Shown: in pieces, positions 25,443 through 35,154 of the stretch | Numbering within the stretch: the stretch's first letter is position 1 | Layout of the letters: each line of letters begins with the position of its first letter | Assembly (NCBI GenBank): GCA_945870105.1 | Contig: CAMBRL010000001.1 | Location: forward strand, 10,700 to 74,699 | DNA length: 64,000 bases | Direction of reading: 5' to 3' | From: Chitinophaga pinensis | GTDB taxonomy: Bacteria; Bacteroidota; Bacteroidia; SXHM01 | Program-made: the position numbers and the translations under genes | The notes under the pieces: generated by a model | What the model was told of the DNA's origin: nothing | Database searches by the model: none | What the model saw: only the letters and a program-made list of their open reading frames with translations

Positions 25443-27335
25443 TTAGTCCACATTGTCGTGGAGGAAAGTGTTGTTGGAACGCAATTCAGTTTTTTTTTCA
25501 AAATTGTTTTCATTCTTTTCATCGCTGAGTGTAAACCTTGAAATATTGTTTTCAGAAGAATGTAAGGTGTTATCCAGGTTTACATTTCTTCTTTTGTAAG
25601 CAGGCTCACTTTCCAGTTCAGAAAGACCTGTAAGTGTTTTGTATTTCTGGTTCACCTGTTTCAAACGGGCAATACGCTCCTGCTGAACTTTCTCCATCTC
25701 CAGGCTGTCCATATCCGATTCTTTGTTTTCAATCAAACGGCTGGTAAGGTTTAACAAGTCATCACTTGAAGTCGGTGAAGCAACATCAGCAACAAGTTCT
25801 GCTACTTTAGCTACCGGTGCTTCTTCTTTCACATGAGGCATTTTAGTTTTACCCAAATCAAACTCAAATGTTGTTTGTTTTGTGTTATCATCTTTCACAA
25901 TCATGAAAGGCTCTTCTTCATTCAGTGTAAATTCAGTAAGTACCGTTTGCTCATTTACCAATTCAGGCTCTGAAAAAAATAATTCAGGTTCTTCTTCAGT
26001 TTTTGCAACAACGGTTTCTTCCACTTCCGCAGCAATCTCTGTGTAAGTCTCAACTTCCGGAGTTTCTTCAAATGTTTCAGCTACAGGCTCAACAGTTTTC
26101 AGATAAGGCTCAGTCATTAAAGGCTCTGATGTTTTAGCAACAACAGGCTCTTCAATTTTTGCAACAGGCTCCATTATTTTCAGAGTTGGCTCAAGGCTGT
26201 ATTCCTGCACAGGAGGAACAACAATAGCAACAGGAGTTTCAACCACAGCAACAGGCACAGAAGCTACCACAGCAACCGGTTCAACTTTAGCAAGTGGTTT
26301 CTCTTCTTCCAGGTTTTTAACTACTTTTTTAGGAGCAGCAGCAGGAGTAAATCCTTCCACCGATTTTGTTTTAAATCCGGTAGCAATTACTGTAACGGTA
26401 ATGCTTTCTCCCAGATCTTCATCGTAACCATTACCCCAGATAATCTCGGCAGTCAGACCTGCTTCGTTTTGAATGTAGTCTGTTATTTCCGATACTTCAT
26501 CCATGGTAACTTCTTCGCTTCCTGAGTTGATGTAAAGCAGGATATTGCTTGCACCTTCAATGTTGTTATCGTTCAGCAGGGGAGAAGCCAATGCAGTCTG
26601 CACCGCTTTCACCGCTCTGTCGGGACCCGAAGCAGAAGCAGAACCCATGATAGCAACACCGCTGTCTTTCATTACTGTTCTAACGTCTTCAAAATCCACG
26701 TTCACATAACCGCTAACCGTAATGATTTCGGCAATACCTTTTGCAGCAATGGTCAGGATGTTATCGGCCTGAGCAAATGCTTCGCCTAATTTTAAATTGC
26801 CATACATATCACGCAATTTTTCATTGCTGATAACAAGCAGCGTATCTACACTTTGTTTTAGTTCTTCCAGACCGTAATCGGCCTGTGATTTTCTTTTTCT
26901 TCCTTCAAAATGAAAAGGAATGGTAACAATACCAACAGTAAGAATTCCCAAATCTTTCGCAGCTTTTGCGATGATGGGAGCAGCACCTGTACCGGTTCCG
27001 CCACCCATACCCGCAGTGATGAAAACCATTTTGGTTTTTGAATTCAGAATATCTTTCAGTTCTTCTAAATTTTCAAGTGCAGCATTTTTTCCTACATCAG
27101 GAATTGAGCCGGCACCGCGACCTTCTGTAAGGGTTGCTCCAAGTACAATTTTCTTCGGCACAGGACTGCGGTCAAGTGCTTGCTGGTCGGTGTTGCAGAC
27201 TACAAAGTCAACACCTTTTATTCCTTGCTTGAACATATGGTTTACAGCATTGCTGCCGCCTCCGCCAACTCCAATCACTTTAATGATGGAAGGCTGTTCT
27301 TTAGGTAAATCAAATTTTATCATGTCGTTGTTCAT
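25443..27335 (-). CDS. ftsZ: cell division protein FtsZ with long disordered C-terminal linker
   Basis: GVGGGGSNAVN, GGGTGTGAAP tubulin signature, and conserved C-terminal peptide NTFLHDNVD. Confidence 0.95.
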   Translation of the reverse strand: MNNDMIKFDLPKEQPSIIKVIGVGGGGSNAVNHMFKQGIKGVDFVVCNTDQQALDRSPVPKKIVLGATLTEGRGAGSIPDVGKNAALENLEELKDILNSKTKMVFITAGMGGGTGTGAAPIIAKAAKDLGILTVGIVTIPFHFEGRKRKSQADYGLEELKQSVDTLLVISNEKLRDMYGNLKLGEAFAQADNILTIAAKGIAEIITVSGYVNVDFEDVRTVMKDSGVAIMGSASASGPDRAVKAVQTALASPLLNDNNIEGASNILLYINSGSEEVTMDEVSEITDYIQNEAGLTAEIIWGNGYDEDLGESITVTVIATGFKTKSVEGFTPAAAPKKVVKNLEEEKPLAKVEPVAVVASVPVAVVETPVAIVVPPVQEYSLEPTLKIMEPVAKIEEPVVAKTSEPLMTEPYLKTVEPVAETFEETPEVETYTEIAAEVEETVVAKTEEEPELFFSEPELVNEQTVLTEFTLNEEEPFMIVKDDNTKQTTFEFDLGKTKMPHVKEEAPVAKVAELVADVASPTSSDDLLNLTSRLIENKESDMDSLEMEKVQQERIARLKQVNQKYKTLTGLSELESEPAYKRRNVNLDNTLHSSENNISRFTLSDEKNENNFEKKTELRSNNTFLHDNVD

Positions 27336-27437
27336 GGTTTTTGGTATTAGAAATTCAGGTTAATATTAGGTCAATATGGTTGCGGTATTTTTTCGGATTC
27401 GAGGTTTTTCTTAACGCTTGATTGTTAATTACGCGGC

Positions 27438-28739
27438 TTATTTTATGGCATCGTCTTCAAAAAACTCACCTGTTTTACTAAGCAGACTTGAGAACCAGGA
27501 ACCTTTTTTCTTAACGTCTGAATGCCCGGTTACTTCCACTATCTTTTTGGTGTTATTCGCTGTTGCTGTGGTTTTAACTTTCTCTTCGCTTTGAATTCCC
27601 ATCATCAAAAGTCCTACACCGGTTGCATACATCGGACTGGTAATATCTTCAGAACTTCCTGGCGCAAGGTGCTCGTTAGGATAACCGATACGTGTATTCA
27701 TCGCAGTAATAAATTCAGTCAGTTGCGTGATGTGTTTCATTTGAGAACCACCACCGGTCAATACAATTCCACCGATAAGTTTTTTCTCGTAACCTGAATT
27801 TTTTATTTCGTGGTAAACATATTCTATGATTTCTTCCAAACGTGCCTGAATGATGCTCGCCAGATTTTTCACAGAGATTTCTTTCGGGTCTTTTCCGCGC
27901 AAACCGGGAATGGAAACAATCTCGTTTTCCTGACTTTCGCTTGCCAGTGCAGAGCCGAATTTCACTTTCAGCAGTTCAGCTTGTTTGCCAATGATGTTAC
28001 ATCCTTCTTTGATATCTTCGGTAATGATATTTCCGCCCAATGGAATAACTGCAGTATGACGTATAATTCCATTATAGAAAATAGCAAGGTCTGTAGTTCC
28101 GCCTCCAATATCCACCAACGCAACACCTGCATCTTTCTCTTCCTGGCTCAGCACCGCTTCTGATGAAGCAAGCGGTTCAAGAATAATATCCTTCATAGTC
28201 AGTCCTGCTTTTTCAATAGATCTTTTGATGTTATTGGCAGCTGCTATCTGACCAGTTATAATATGGAAGTTTGCTTCTAATCTTACACCTGATGCACCGA
28301 TCGGTTGCTTGATACCTACTTCGCCATCTAAAATATATTCTTGCGGAAGCACGTGAATAATCTCTTCTCCCGGAAGCATGGCCAGTTTATACATATCATC
28401 AATGAGCGCATCAATATCCACCTGCGAGATGATATCTTCACCCGAAATTTTGCGGGTATAGATTCCGTGATGCTGCATGCTCTTGATGTGCTGGCCTGCA
28501 ATGCCCACATTCACTTCGCCAATCTCAACGCTGGCTTTGCTTTCGGCTTCACTAACCGCCAAACGGATTGCCTCAACTGTTTGATCAATGTTGAATACCA
28601 TTCCGCGTCTTACGCCTAATGAGTCGGCACGACCCATGCCGAGAATTTCAATTTTACCGTGGTCGGCCTTTCGCCCCACGATGCAGCAGATTTTTGTTGT
28701 TCCGATGTCTAAGCCGACTACAATTTTTGAATTTTCCAT
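27438..28739 (-). CDS. ftsA: cell division protein FtsA
   Basis: Actin-like motifs GLDIGTTKI and DIGGGTTD; position upstream of ftsZ. Confidence 0.95.
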   Translation of the reverse strand: MENSKIVVGLDIGTTKICCIVGRKADHGKIEILGMGRADSLGVRRGMVFNIDQTVEAIRLAVSEAESKASVEIGEVNVGIAGQHIKSMQHHGIYTRKISGEDIISQVDIDALIDDMYKLAMLPGEEIIHVLPQEYILDGEVGIKQPIGASGVRLEANFHIITGQIAAANNIKRSIEKAGLTMKDIILEPLASSEAVLSQEEKDAGVALVDIGGGTTDLAIFYNGIIRHTAVIPLGGNIITEDIKEGCNIIGKQAELLKVKFGSALASESQENEIVSIPGLRGKDPKEISVKNLASIIQARLEEIIEYVYHEIKNSGYEKKLIGGIVLTGGGSQMKHITQLTEFITAMNTRIGYPNEHLAPGSSEDITSPMYATGVGLLMMGIQSEEKVKTTATANNTKKIVEVTGHSDVKKKGSWFSSLLSKTGEFFEDDAIK

Positions 28740-28740
28740 G

Positions 28741-29538
28741 TTATTGTTTTTTGGTGCAGATTGCCTGGTTTTTAAATTTCAGATTGATTATAGAATATTG
28801 ATTCCACCCCGTTTTGCTCAGCCCTTTGTTATAAAGCAAGAGCAGTTTGCGGAATTTAGAATCAAGGTCTTTTTTATCGCCAAGAATTATTTTGTGGTTA
28901 CCCACCATTGGCACTAATTCAATTTCATTTTTTTCGTTTACAAAAATCTGTTGGATTTGCGCTTTCCAGAATTTGTCTTTTTCAATATAGTTTACCACAT
29001 CAAAAATGTCGTCCAGTATTGTTTTTGCTGCCAGCGAATCATCGGCTTCAATTTTATTCACGTTGAATAAACTGAGCCCACCAAAGCTCTCACGGATGTT
29101 GCCATTGGCAACCAGTATACGCGAAGCAAATTTTGATGAGAGGGGCATTGCGCTGCCGGTTTCGTCAATGTAAAAGCTTTCACCTGCTATGTTGTAAATG
29201 CGCACCACCGGCTTGCGTTGAATAATATCTGCCTTTACTTCTCCTTCAACCGAGATATACACCTGTGCATCTTTGATGGAAGGGTTTTTCAAAATCAGTT
29301 GTTCCAGTGTATTGTAATTTATTTGTGAAACAGGACTGCCAACCAATGAATCGCCTTTGCTGTAAATAATTTCTTTGATGTCGGTTTCATCAACGAAGAA
29401 ATTTTCATCGCTGTTGTCAATGTTTACAGCAATGCCTGTGCAAAGCGCATTGTTTTGTTCCGCACCTGCAAAGCCAAGTATTACCGGCAAGCCAAGTGCC
29501 GGTATCAACCACATCAGTATTTGCAGGATTTTGTTCAT
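28741..29538 (-). CDS. ftsQ: cell division protein FtsQ
   Basis: Single N-terminal TM plus POTRA-like region; position between murC and ftsA. Confidence 0.8.
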   Translation of the reverse strand: MNKILQILMWLIPALGLPVILGFAGAEQNNALCTGIAVNIDNSDENFFVDETDIKEIIYSKGDSLVGSPVSQINYNTLEQLILKNPSIKDAQVYISVEGEVKADIIQRKPVVRIYNIAGESFYIDETGSAMPLSSKFASRILVANGNIRESFGGLSLFNVNKIEADDSLAAKTILDDIFDVVNYIEKDKFWKAQIQQIFVNEKNEIELVPMVGNHKIILGDKKDLDSKFRKLLLLYNKGLSKTGWNQYSIINLKFKNQAICTKKQ

Positions 29539-30908
29539 ACAGTTACAGAAAGCAATTTCTTTTTAATCGGCTCAACCAGTTTATCAATATCACCTGCGCC
29601 AAGAGTTAGCAACACTTCTATTTTGCGTTCGCCAATCTCTTTTAGTGTATCCTCTTTTGAAAGCAGGCTTTTGCTTTTTGCAGTTATTTTATCCAGCAAC
29701 ATTTTTGAATCAACTCCGTCAATTGGCAACTCGCGTGCAGGATAAATCTCCAATAGAATTACTTCGTCCAGCAGGTCAAGGCTTTTTGCAAAACCATCTG
29801 CGAAATCGCATGTGCGCGAAAAGAGATGAGGTTGGAAAATGCCTGTTATTTTTTTGTCGGGATACAAGGCTTTTACGGAAGAAATACAGGCGCTGAGTTC
29901 ACGCGGATGATGCGCGTAATCATCAATGTAAACAAGATTTGCGCTTTTTATGATGTATTCAAAACGTCTTTTCACTCCTTTATAAGTAGCGAGTCCTTTT
30001 TTAATCACCTCTTTGTCAATGCCAGAAACCTGAGCAGCGGCAGCAGCTGCAAGTGCATTTTCCAGGTTATGCATTCCGGGAAAACCAAATTTTACGTTTT
30101 CAATTTTCTCCAGTGGACTGATAATGTCAAAAGTATATTCACCGTTTTCAACTTTCAGATTTTCAATTCCGAAATCACTTTTTCCTTTCAGAGAATAAGT
30201 GAATGATTTTTTTGCTGTTTCGCTGAAAGATAATCCTGCTTTGTAAATCAATGTTCCTGTTTCCTTAATTTTTGAAACAAACTCATGGTAGTTTTTCTCC
30301 ATGTTTTCTTTTGTTCCGTAAATGTCGAGATGGTCTGGATCGGTAGAAGTAACAATAGCTACATCAGGATTTAGAGTAAGGAATGATCGATCATATTCAT
30401 CTGCCTCCACCACCATTTTATCACTGGAAGTAGAAAGCAGTAAATTGCTGTGATAGTTTACAGCAATACCTCCGAGAAAGGCTGTGCAACCCTCTTCTGA
30501 ATTGTTCAGAATATGCGCAGCGATGGAAGAGGTAGTAGTTTTTCCGTGTGTGCCGGCAACAGCAATCGTAAAATAATTTTCAGTCAGTAAGCCCAGAACT
30601 TCTGAACGCTTCTTTACTTTAAAACCATTTTCGCGGAAGTAATTCAACTCTTCATGTCCTGAGGGAATTGCAGGTGTGTATATCACCAGAGTTTGTTCGG
30701 TGTTAAAAAAGAAAGAAGGAATCAACTTTGAATTGTCTTCAAAATGAATATCCATTCCTTCTGCAATTAATTCTTTGGTCAGCTCCGTTTCTGTTCGGTC
30801 ATATCCCGCCACCGACTTGCCTTGTGAAACAAAGTAACGAGCCAGCGCACTCATCCCGATGCCGCCAATTCCAACTAAATAAACATTTTGAATCGTCTTT
30901 AAATTCAT
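29535..30908 (-). CDS. murC: UDP-N-acetylmuramate--L-alanine ligase
   Basis: GIGGIGMSALA, P-loop GTHGKTTT, DYAHHP. Confidence 0.95.
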   Translation of the reverse strand: MNLKTIQNVYLVGIGGIGMSALARYFVSQGKSVAGYDRTETELTKELIAEGMDIHFEDNSKLIPSFFFNTEQTLVIYTPAIPSGHEELNYFRENGFKVKKRSEVLGLLTENYFTIAVAGTHGKTTTSSIAAHILNNSEEGCTAFLGGIAVNYHSNLLLSTSSDKMVVEADEYDRSFLTLNPDVAIVTSTDPDHLDIYGTKENMEKNYHEFVSKIKETGTLIYKAGLSFSETAKKSFTYSLKGKSDFGIENLKVENGEYTFDIISPLEKIENVKFGFPGMHNLENALAAAAAAQVSGIDKEVIKKGLATYKGVKRRFEYIIKSANLVYIDDYAHHPRELSACISSVKALYPDKKITGIFQPHLFSRTCDFADGFAKSLDLLDEVILLEIYPARELPIDGVDSKMLLDKITAKSKSLLSKEDTLKEIGERKIEVLLTLGAGDIDKLVEPIKKKLLSVTV

Positions 30909-30909
30909 T

Positions 30910-32016
30910 TTAGTTTTTCTGTGGTGTTGCTAATTTTATTACTTCGTTTGCGATTACTTCATCGGCATTTGCCAGTGCCAGCTCACCTATATTCTTTTTC
31001 AATAATTCCTGTTTTGCTTCATCATTAATCAACAACAGAATCTCATTCAGTAGTTTTTCTTTTGCTTCGCTGTCTTTAATCAGAATGGCTGCCTGCCTGG
31101 TAACTAAGGCCATTGCATTTTTTGTCTGATGGTCTTCAGCAGCAAACGGAAACGGAATAAGGATGGCCGGTTTTTTAACAATGCATAACTCGGAAATGGA
31201 GCTTGCTCCCGCACGTGACACCACTACATCTGCAACAGCATAAGCAAAATCCATTTTTGTAACAAAATCGTGTGCCTTAATTGTAGCTTTGTTTTCCACT
31301 GCCTTTTTTGCTGAAGGGAAAAACAGTTTTCCTGTTTGCCACAGCACCTGAAACTTCTCTCCAGACAACTTCTCAATGCTTGCCGCAATGCTTTCGTTAA
31401 TAGTTTTTGCGCCAAGACTTCCGCCAATTATGAGCAAGGTTTTTTTGCTTGTATCTAATCCGAAGAATTCAATTCCTTGTTCACGTTTTCCTTGTAAATT
31501 CAATATATCCTGACGCACCGGGTTGCCTGTTATTTTTATTTTATCAGCAGGAAAAAACTTGTCCATTTCATTATAGGCAACACAAATTCTGTTAGCTTTT
31601 TTTCCAAGCATTTTGTTGGTTATACCTGCATATGAATTTTGCTCCTGAATCAGGGTTGGTATTTTTTTTAACTGTGCTGCATACAACAACGGACCACTAG
31701 CAAACCCACCCACACCCACTGCTACATCAGGCTTAAACTCTTTTATAATCTGCATTGAACGCCAAACGCTTTTCAGCAATCGCAAGGGAAATGCAAAGTT
31801 TTTCAGTGAAAGACTGCGGTCAATTCCGCTGATGTCAAGCCCTTCAATTTTATAGCCTGCTGCAGGAACTTTTTCCATTTCCATTTTTCCTTGTGCTCCT
31901 ACAAATAATATTTCAGCCTCTGCATTTATTTTTTTTATTGCGTTGGCAATTGCAATTGCCGGAAAAATATGCCCGCCCGTTCCTCCGCCACTTATAATTA
32001 CTCTAAGCGATTGCAT
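30910..32016 (-). CDS. murG: undecaprenyldiphospho-muramoylpentapeptide beta-N-acetylglucosaminyltransferase
   Basis: GGGTGGHIFPA motif. I prefer the internal ATG (MQSLRVIISGGG) over the ORF-track start at 32055, which would overlap ftsW by 53 nt. Confidence 0.9.
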   Translation of the reverse strand: MQSLRVIISGGGTGGHIFPAIAIANAIKKINAEAEILFVGAQGKMEMEKVPAAGYKIEGLDISGIDRSLSLKNFAFPLRLLKSVWRSMQIIKEFKPDVAVGVGGFASGPLLYAAQLKKIPTLIQEQNSYAGITNKMLGKKANRICVAYNEMDKFFPADKIKITGNPVRQDILNLQGKREQGIEFFGLDTSKKTLLIIGGSLGAKTINESIAASIEKLSGEKFQVLWQTGKLFFPSAKKAVENKATIKAHDFVTKMDFAYAVADVVVSRAGASSISELCIVKKPAILIPFPFAAEDHQTKNAMALVTRQAAILIKDSEAKEKLLNEILLLINDEAKQELLKKNIGELALANADEVIANEVIKLATPQKN

Positions 32017-33199
32017 ATTCTTCCTCCGTTTTAGTTTCGCCTTCTTCAATAGCACGACTTACACTTAAAATAATTCCCACTGCAATGCTGGTAAACCATA
32101 ATGATGTTCCGCCCATGCTCACCAAGGGCAATGGTTGTCCGGTAACAGGAAATAGATTCACTGCAACCGCCATATTTATCATCGCTTGAAAAATGAGCAT
32201 GAAACAACATCCCAGTGCAAGCAATGCAGCGAATGTGTTCGGGCTTTTTACCACAATTTTCACACCTCTGAAAAGTAAAATTAGGTAAGCAAGCAAAACA
32301 GCAACACCACCGATCAAACCATATTCTTCAATTACAATTGCATAAATAAAATCGGAGTAGGGGTGCGGAAGGAAATTTCGCTGGTCGCTATTTCCCGGAC
32401 CTTTACCAAATAAACCTCCTGTAGCTACTGCAATTTTTGCTTGATCAGATTGAAAACTTGCATCGCTTATAGCAGCAGCATCTTCCTCGCTTTCTGCTGC
32501 GGTGAAATAGGTTTCTACACGCTGTTTCCAGGTTTCCATACGAGGAAAAACTTTTTCAACAGGAACTACATATGATATTCCAACTAACAGGGCAAAACCA
32601 AGAATTGCACAGCCAACCAAGGAGAGCAGGTGTTTTACATTCACTCTTCCGATAAACATTAATATCAGACATGTGATGAATAATATTGCTGAGGTAGAAA
32701 AGTTTGCAGGAAGAATTAATCCGCAAATAACAATTATGGGAACAATCATTGGTAAAAAGGCAGATTTTAAATCCTTGATTTCATCTTGTTTTACTGCAAG
32801 CAAACGCGCCAGATACATGATGAGCGCAAGTTTTGCAAAGTCAGAAGTCTGGAATGTCATTTCAATAATAGGAATGCTTATCCAACGGTTGGCAGAGTTT
32901 AAATTTACGCCCATTGCCAATGTGTAAATTAACATTGGAACTGCAAGAAGCATGGCAACCTGTGACAGACGAGAGAACCAGGTGTATTTCATCCTGTGTG
33001 TTACATACATTAAACCAAGCCCCAGGACGAGAATCGAAAAATGTTTAAACAAAAAATATTCTGTGTTGCCGCCTCTTGTTCTGAATGCCAGCATACCGGA
33101 AGAACTGTAAACTGCCATTACCGAAACGACAGAAAGAAACAGCACCGTGAACCAAATCACTTTGTCGCCTTTCAGATATTTCAGAACTGTGTTTACCAT
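32003..33199 (-). CDS. ftsW: SEDS-family peptidoglycan glycosyltransferase FtsW
   Basis: 10-TM FtsW/RodA pattern (PLPLVSMGGTS near the C-terminus); dcw context. Confidence 0.9.
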   Translation of the reverse strand: MVNTVLKYLKGDKVIWFTVLFLSVVSVMAVYSSSGMLAFRTRGGNTEYFLFKHFSILVLGLGLMYVTHRMKYTWFSRLSQVAMLLAVPMLIYTLAMGVNLNSANRWISIPIIEMTFQTSDFAKLALIMYLARLLAVKQDEIKDLKSAFLPMIVPIIVICGLILPANFSTSAILFITCLILMFIGRVNVKHLLSLVGCAILGFALLVGISYVVPVEKVFPRMETWKQRVETYFTAAESEEDAAAISDASFQSDQAKIAVATGGLFGKGPGNSDQRNFLPHPYSDFIYAIVIEEYGLIGGVAVLLAYLILLFRGVKIVVKSPNTFAALLALGCCFMLIFQAMINMAVAVNLFPVTGQPLPLVSMGGTSLWFTSIAVGIILSVSRAIEEGETKTEEEYAIA

Positions 33200-33218
33200 T
33201 TTGTCAAACAGGTTTCTA

Positions 33219-33785
33219 TTAACCTTTTAATGAATTTTTCAAGTTCATTACAGCATCTTTAAATTTATTTCCGCGGTCTTCGTAGCTTGTAAATAAGTCA
33301 TAACTGGCGCAGGCTGGAGAAAGCAACACGGTATCACCTTTCAATGCAAGACTGTTGGATTGACGAACCGCTTCATCTGCGTCAGCTGCAGCAACAATTA
33401 AATCAACATCGCTCATAAAAGTTTTGAAAACTTTTCGGTTCTCTTTTCCAAGACAGATAATCACTTTCACTTTGTCGCGTACAATTTCTTTTAGCATGGA
33501 ATAATCGCTGCGGTCATCAACACCGCCCACAATCCAGATGAGAGAGCGATCAATGCTTTCCAGTGAATACCAGGCGAGATCTACCGTAGTAGCTTTAGAG
33601 TCGTTGATGTAATCCACACCATTGATTTCGGTGATGAATTCAAGGCGATGTTCTGTGCTTTCAATATCATTCAAACTTTCGCGAATGATGTCATTTCTCA
33701 GTTCAAGCAACTTGTTGTACTCGTCAATCTTTTTTGCAGCTTCATTCCTGATTATGGTTTCGCGGTTTTTTTGGTTTTCTTGCAT
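33219..33785 (-). CDS. stand-alone Mur-ligase C-terminal domain protein, paralog of the MurD C-terminal domain
   Basis: Aligns by eye with MurD residues from [13 protein letters not shown] to the C-terminus. It keeps HRLE, INDSKAT, GDTVLLSPACASYDLF..YEDRG and lacks the P-loop/central and N-terminal domains. The likely ATG is 33785; the ORF track extends to 33902, overlapping murD. Confidence 0.7.
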   Translation of the reverse strand: MQENQKNRETIIRNEAAKKIDEYNKLLELRNDIIRESLNDIESTEHRLEFITEINGVDYINDSKATTVDLAWYSLESIDRSLIWIVGGVDDRSDYSMLKEIVRDKVKVIICLGKENRKVFKTFMSDVDLIVAAADADEAVRQSNSLALKGDTVLLSPACASYDLFTSYEDRGNKFKDAVMNLKNSLKG

Positions 33786-33816
33786 GGTTTTCAGGTTTGG
33801 TTGGTTGTGGTTTATA

Positions 33817-35154
33817 TTAGAGTTGCTGAACGGCTTTTTTAAACTGACGTCCACGGTCTTCATAATTTTCGAAGAGATCAAAACTTGCGCAGGCAGGAGC
33901 AAGCAGAACAGTGTCGCCTTTTTTTCCGAGGCGGTAAGAAGCTTTTACAGCTTCGGATGCGCTGGTTGTGTCAACAATAGTTTGCACCACATTTTTAAAA
34001 GTGTCGTGAATTTTTTTGTTGTCAACACCAAGACAAACAATTGCTTTTACTTTAAGGCGAACAAGGTCCATCACCATCTCATAATTATTGCCTTTGTCAA
34101 CACCACCCATAATCCATATGATAGGTGTGTTAATACTTTCCAGAGCATACCAGGCAGAGTTGATGTTGGTTGCTTTTGAGTCATTGATGAATTCAATTCC
34201 ATGAACTTTAGATACTTTTTCAAGACGGTGTTCTACATTTTGAAAATCGCTCAGACTTTCGCGGATGCTTTCTTTACGCAGGTCAAGCAGTCGTCCTACA
34301 ATGCCTGCTGCCATGGTGTTGTAGATGTTGTGTTTTCCCTGTAATGCTAGTTCGTGTATTGACATAATGAAGGTTTGGTTATTGATGGTTAGGTTTAAAT
34401 TCTCGTTTTCTAAGTAAGCTCCGGGCACTTTCTTTTCTTTGATACTGAAAGGAAAGAGCTGCGCCTGAAGTTTTTTTTTTGCCACCTGAGCGGCTATAAT
34501 TTCATCATCGTAGCAGTAGATGAATGCATCATCGGGCTGCTGGTTTTGTGTGATTCTGAATTTTGAATCAACGTATTTCTCCATCTTGTAATCGTAGCTG
34601 TCGAGATGGTCTTCAGTAATATTTGTAATTACCGCGATGTTGATTCTTGAATTATACATATCATCTAATTGAAAACTGCTTAATTCTATTACACAGTATT
34701 CAAAGTCTTTTTCAGTTAGCTGAAGCGCCAAGCTTTTCCCAACATTTCCTGCAAGGCAAACATCAACGCCTGCTTTTTCCAAAATATGATAGGTGAGAAG
34801 TGTAGTAGTTGTTTTTCCGTTAGTCCCAGTGATGCCGATAATTTTTGCTTTGGTATAGCGCAGTGCAAATTCTATTTCCGAAACCATTGAGATTTTTCGG
34901 CTTCTCAGTTCTTTAATCAATGGAGCTTTTTCAGGAATACCCGGACTTTTGATCACTTCCGAAGCATTCAGAATTAATTCTTCTGTGTGTTTTTCTTCTT
35001 CCCAGTTTATGGAGTGCTGATTTAAAATGTCTTTGTATTTCTGCTGTATTTTTCCTTTGTCGGAAACAAAAACATCAAATCCTTTTTTCAACGCAAGCAC
35101 TGCTGCGCCTGTTCCGCTTTCTCCTGCACCGAGTATGACTATTCTGTTACCCAT
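33817..35154 (-). CDS. murD: UDP-N-acetylmuramoylalanine--D-glutamate ligase
   Basis: [19 protein letters not shown]-loop [12 protein letters not shown]-terminal [17 protein letters not shown]. The ATG at 35154 overlaps the restored mraY stop (TAATG). The ORF track fuses it to mraY. Confidence 0.9.
   Translation of the reverse strand: MGNRIVILGAGESGTGAAVLALKKGFDVFVSDKGKIQQKYKDILNQHSINWEEEKHTEELILNASEVIKSPGIPEKAPLIKELRSRKISMVSEIEFALRYTKAKIIGITGTNGKTTTTLLTYHILEKAGVDVCLAGNVGKSLALQLTEKDFEYCVIELSSFQLDDMYNSRINIAVITNITEDHLDSYDYKMEKYVDSKFRITQNQQPDDAFIYCYDDEIIAAQVAKKKLQAQLFPFSIKEKKVPGAYLENENLNLTINNQTFIMSIHELALQGKHNIYNTMAAGIVGRLLDLRKESIRESLSDFQNVEHRLEKVSKVHGIEFINDSKATNINSAWYALESINTPIIWIMGGVDKGNNYEMVMDLVRLKVKAIVCLGVDNKKIHDTFKNVVQTIVDTTSASEAVKASYRLGKKGDTVLLAPACASFDLFENYEDRGRQFKKAVQQL

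Noticed and set aside
26920-27363. The 147-aa ORF on the + strand.
   Set aside because: It is antisense to the most conserved part of ftsZ. Its Pro/Ala-rich translation is the complement of Gly-rich tubulin motifs.
32017-32055. The 13-codon N-terminal extension of murG (MLLKKAKLKRRKN) and the long extensions of mraZ (to 41889), gldC (to 46355) and apbC (to 62704).
   Set aside because: The extensions are not conserved-looking. They overlap upstream genes or promoter elements. Internal ATGs give proteins that begin at the canonical N-termini.
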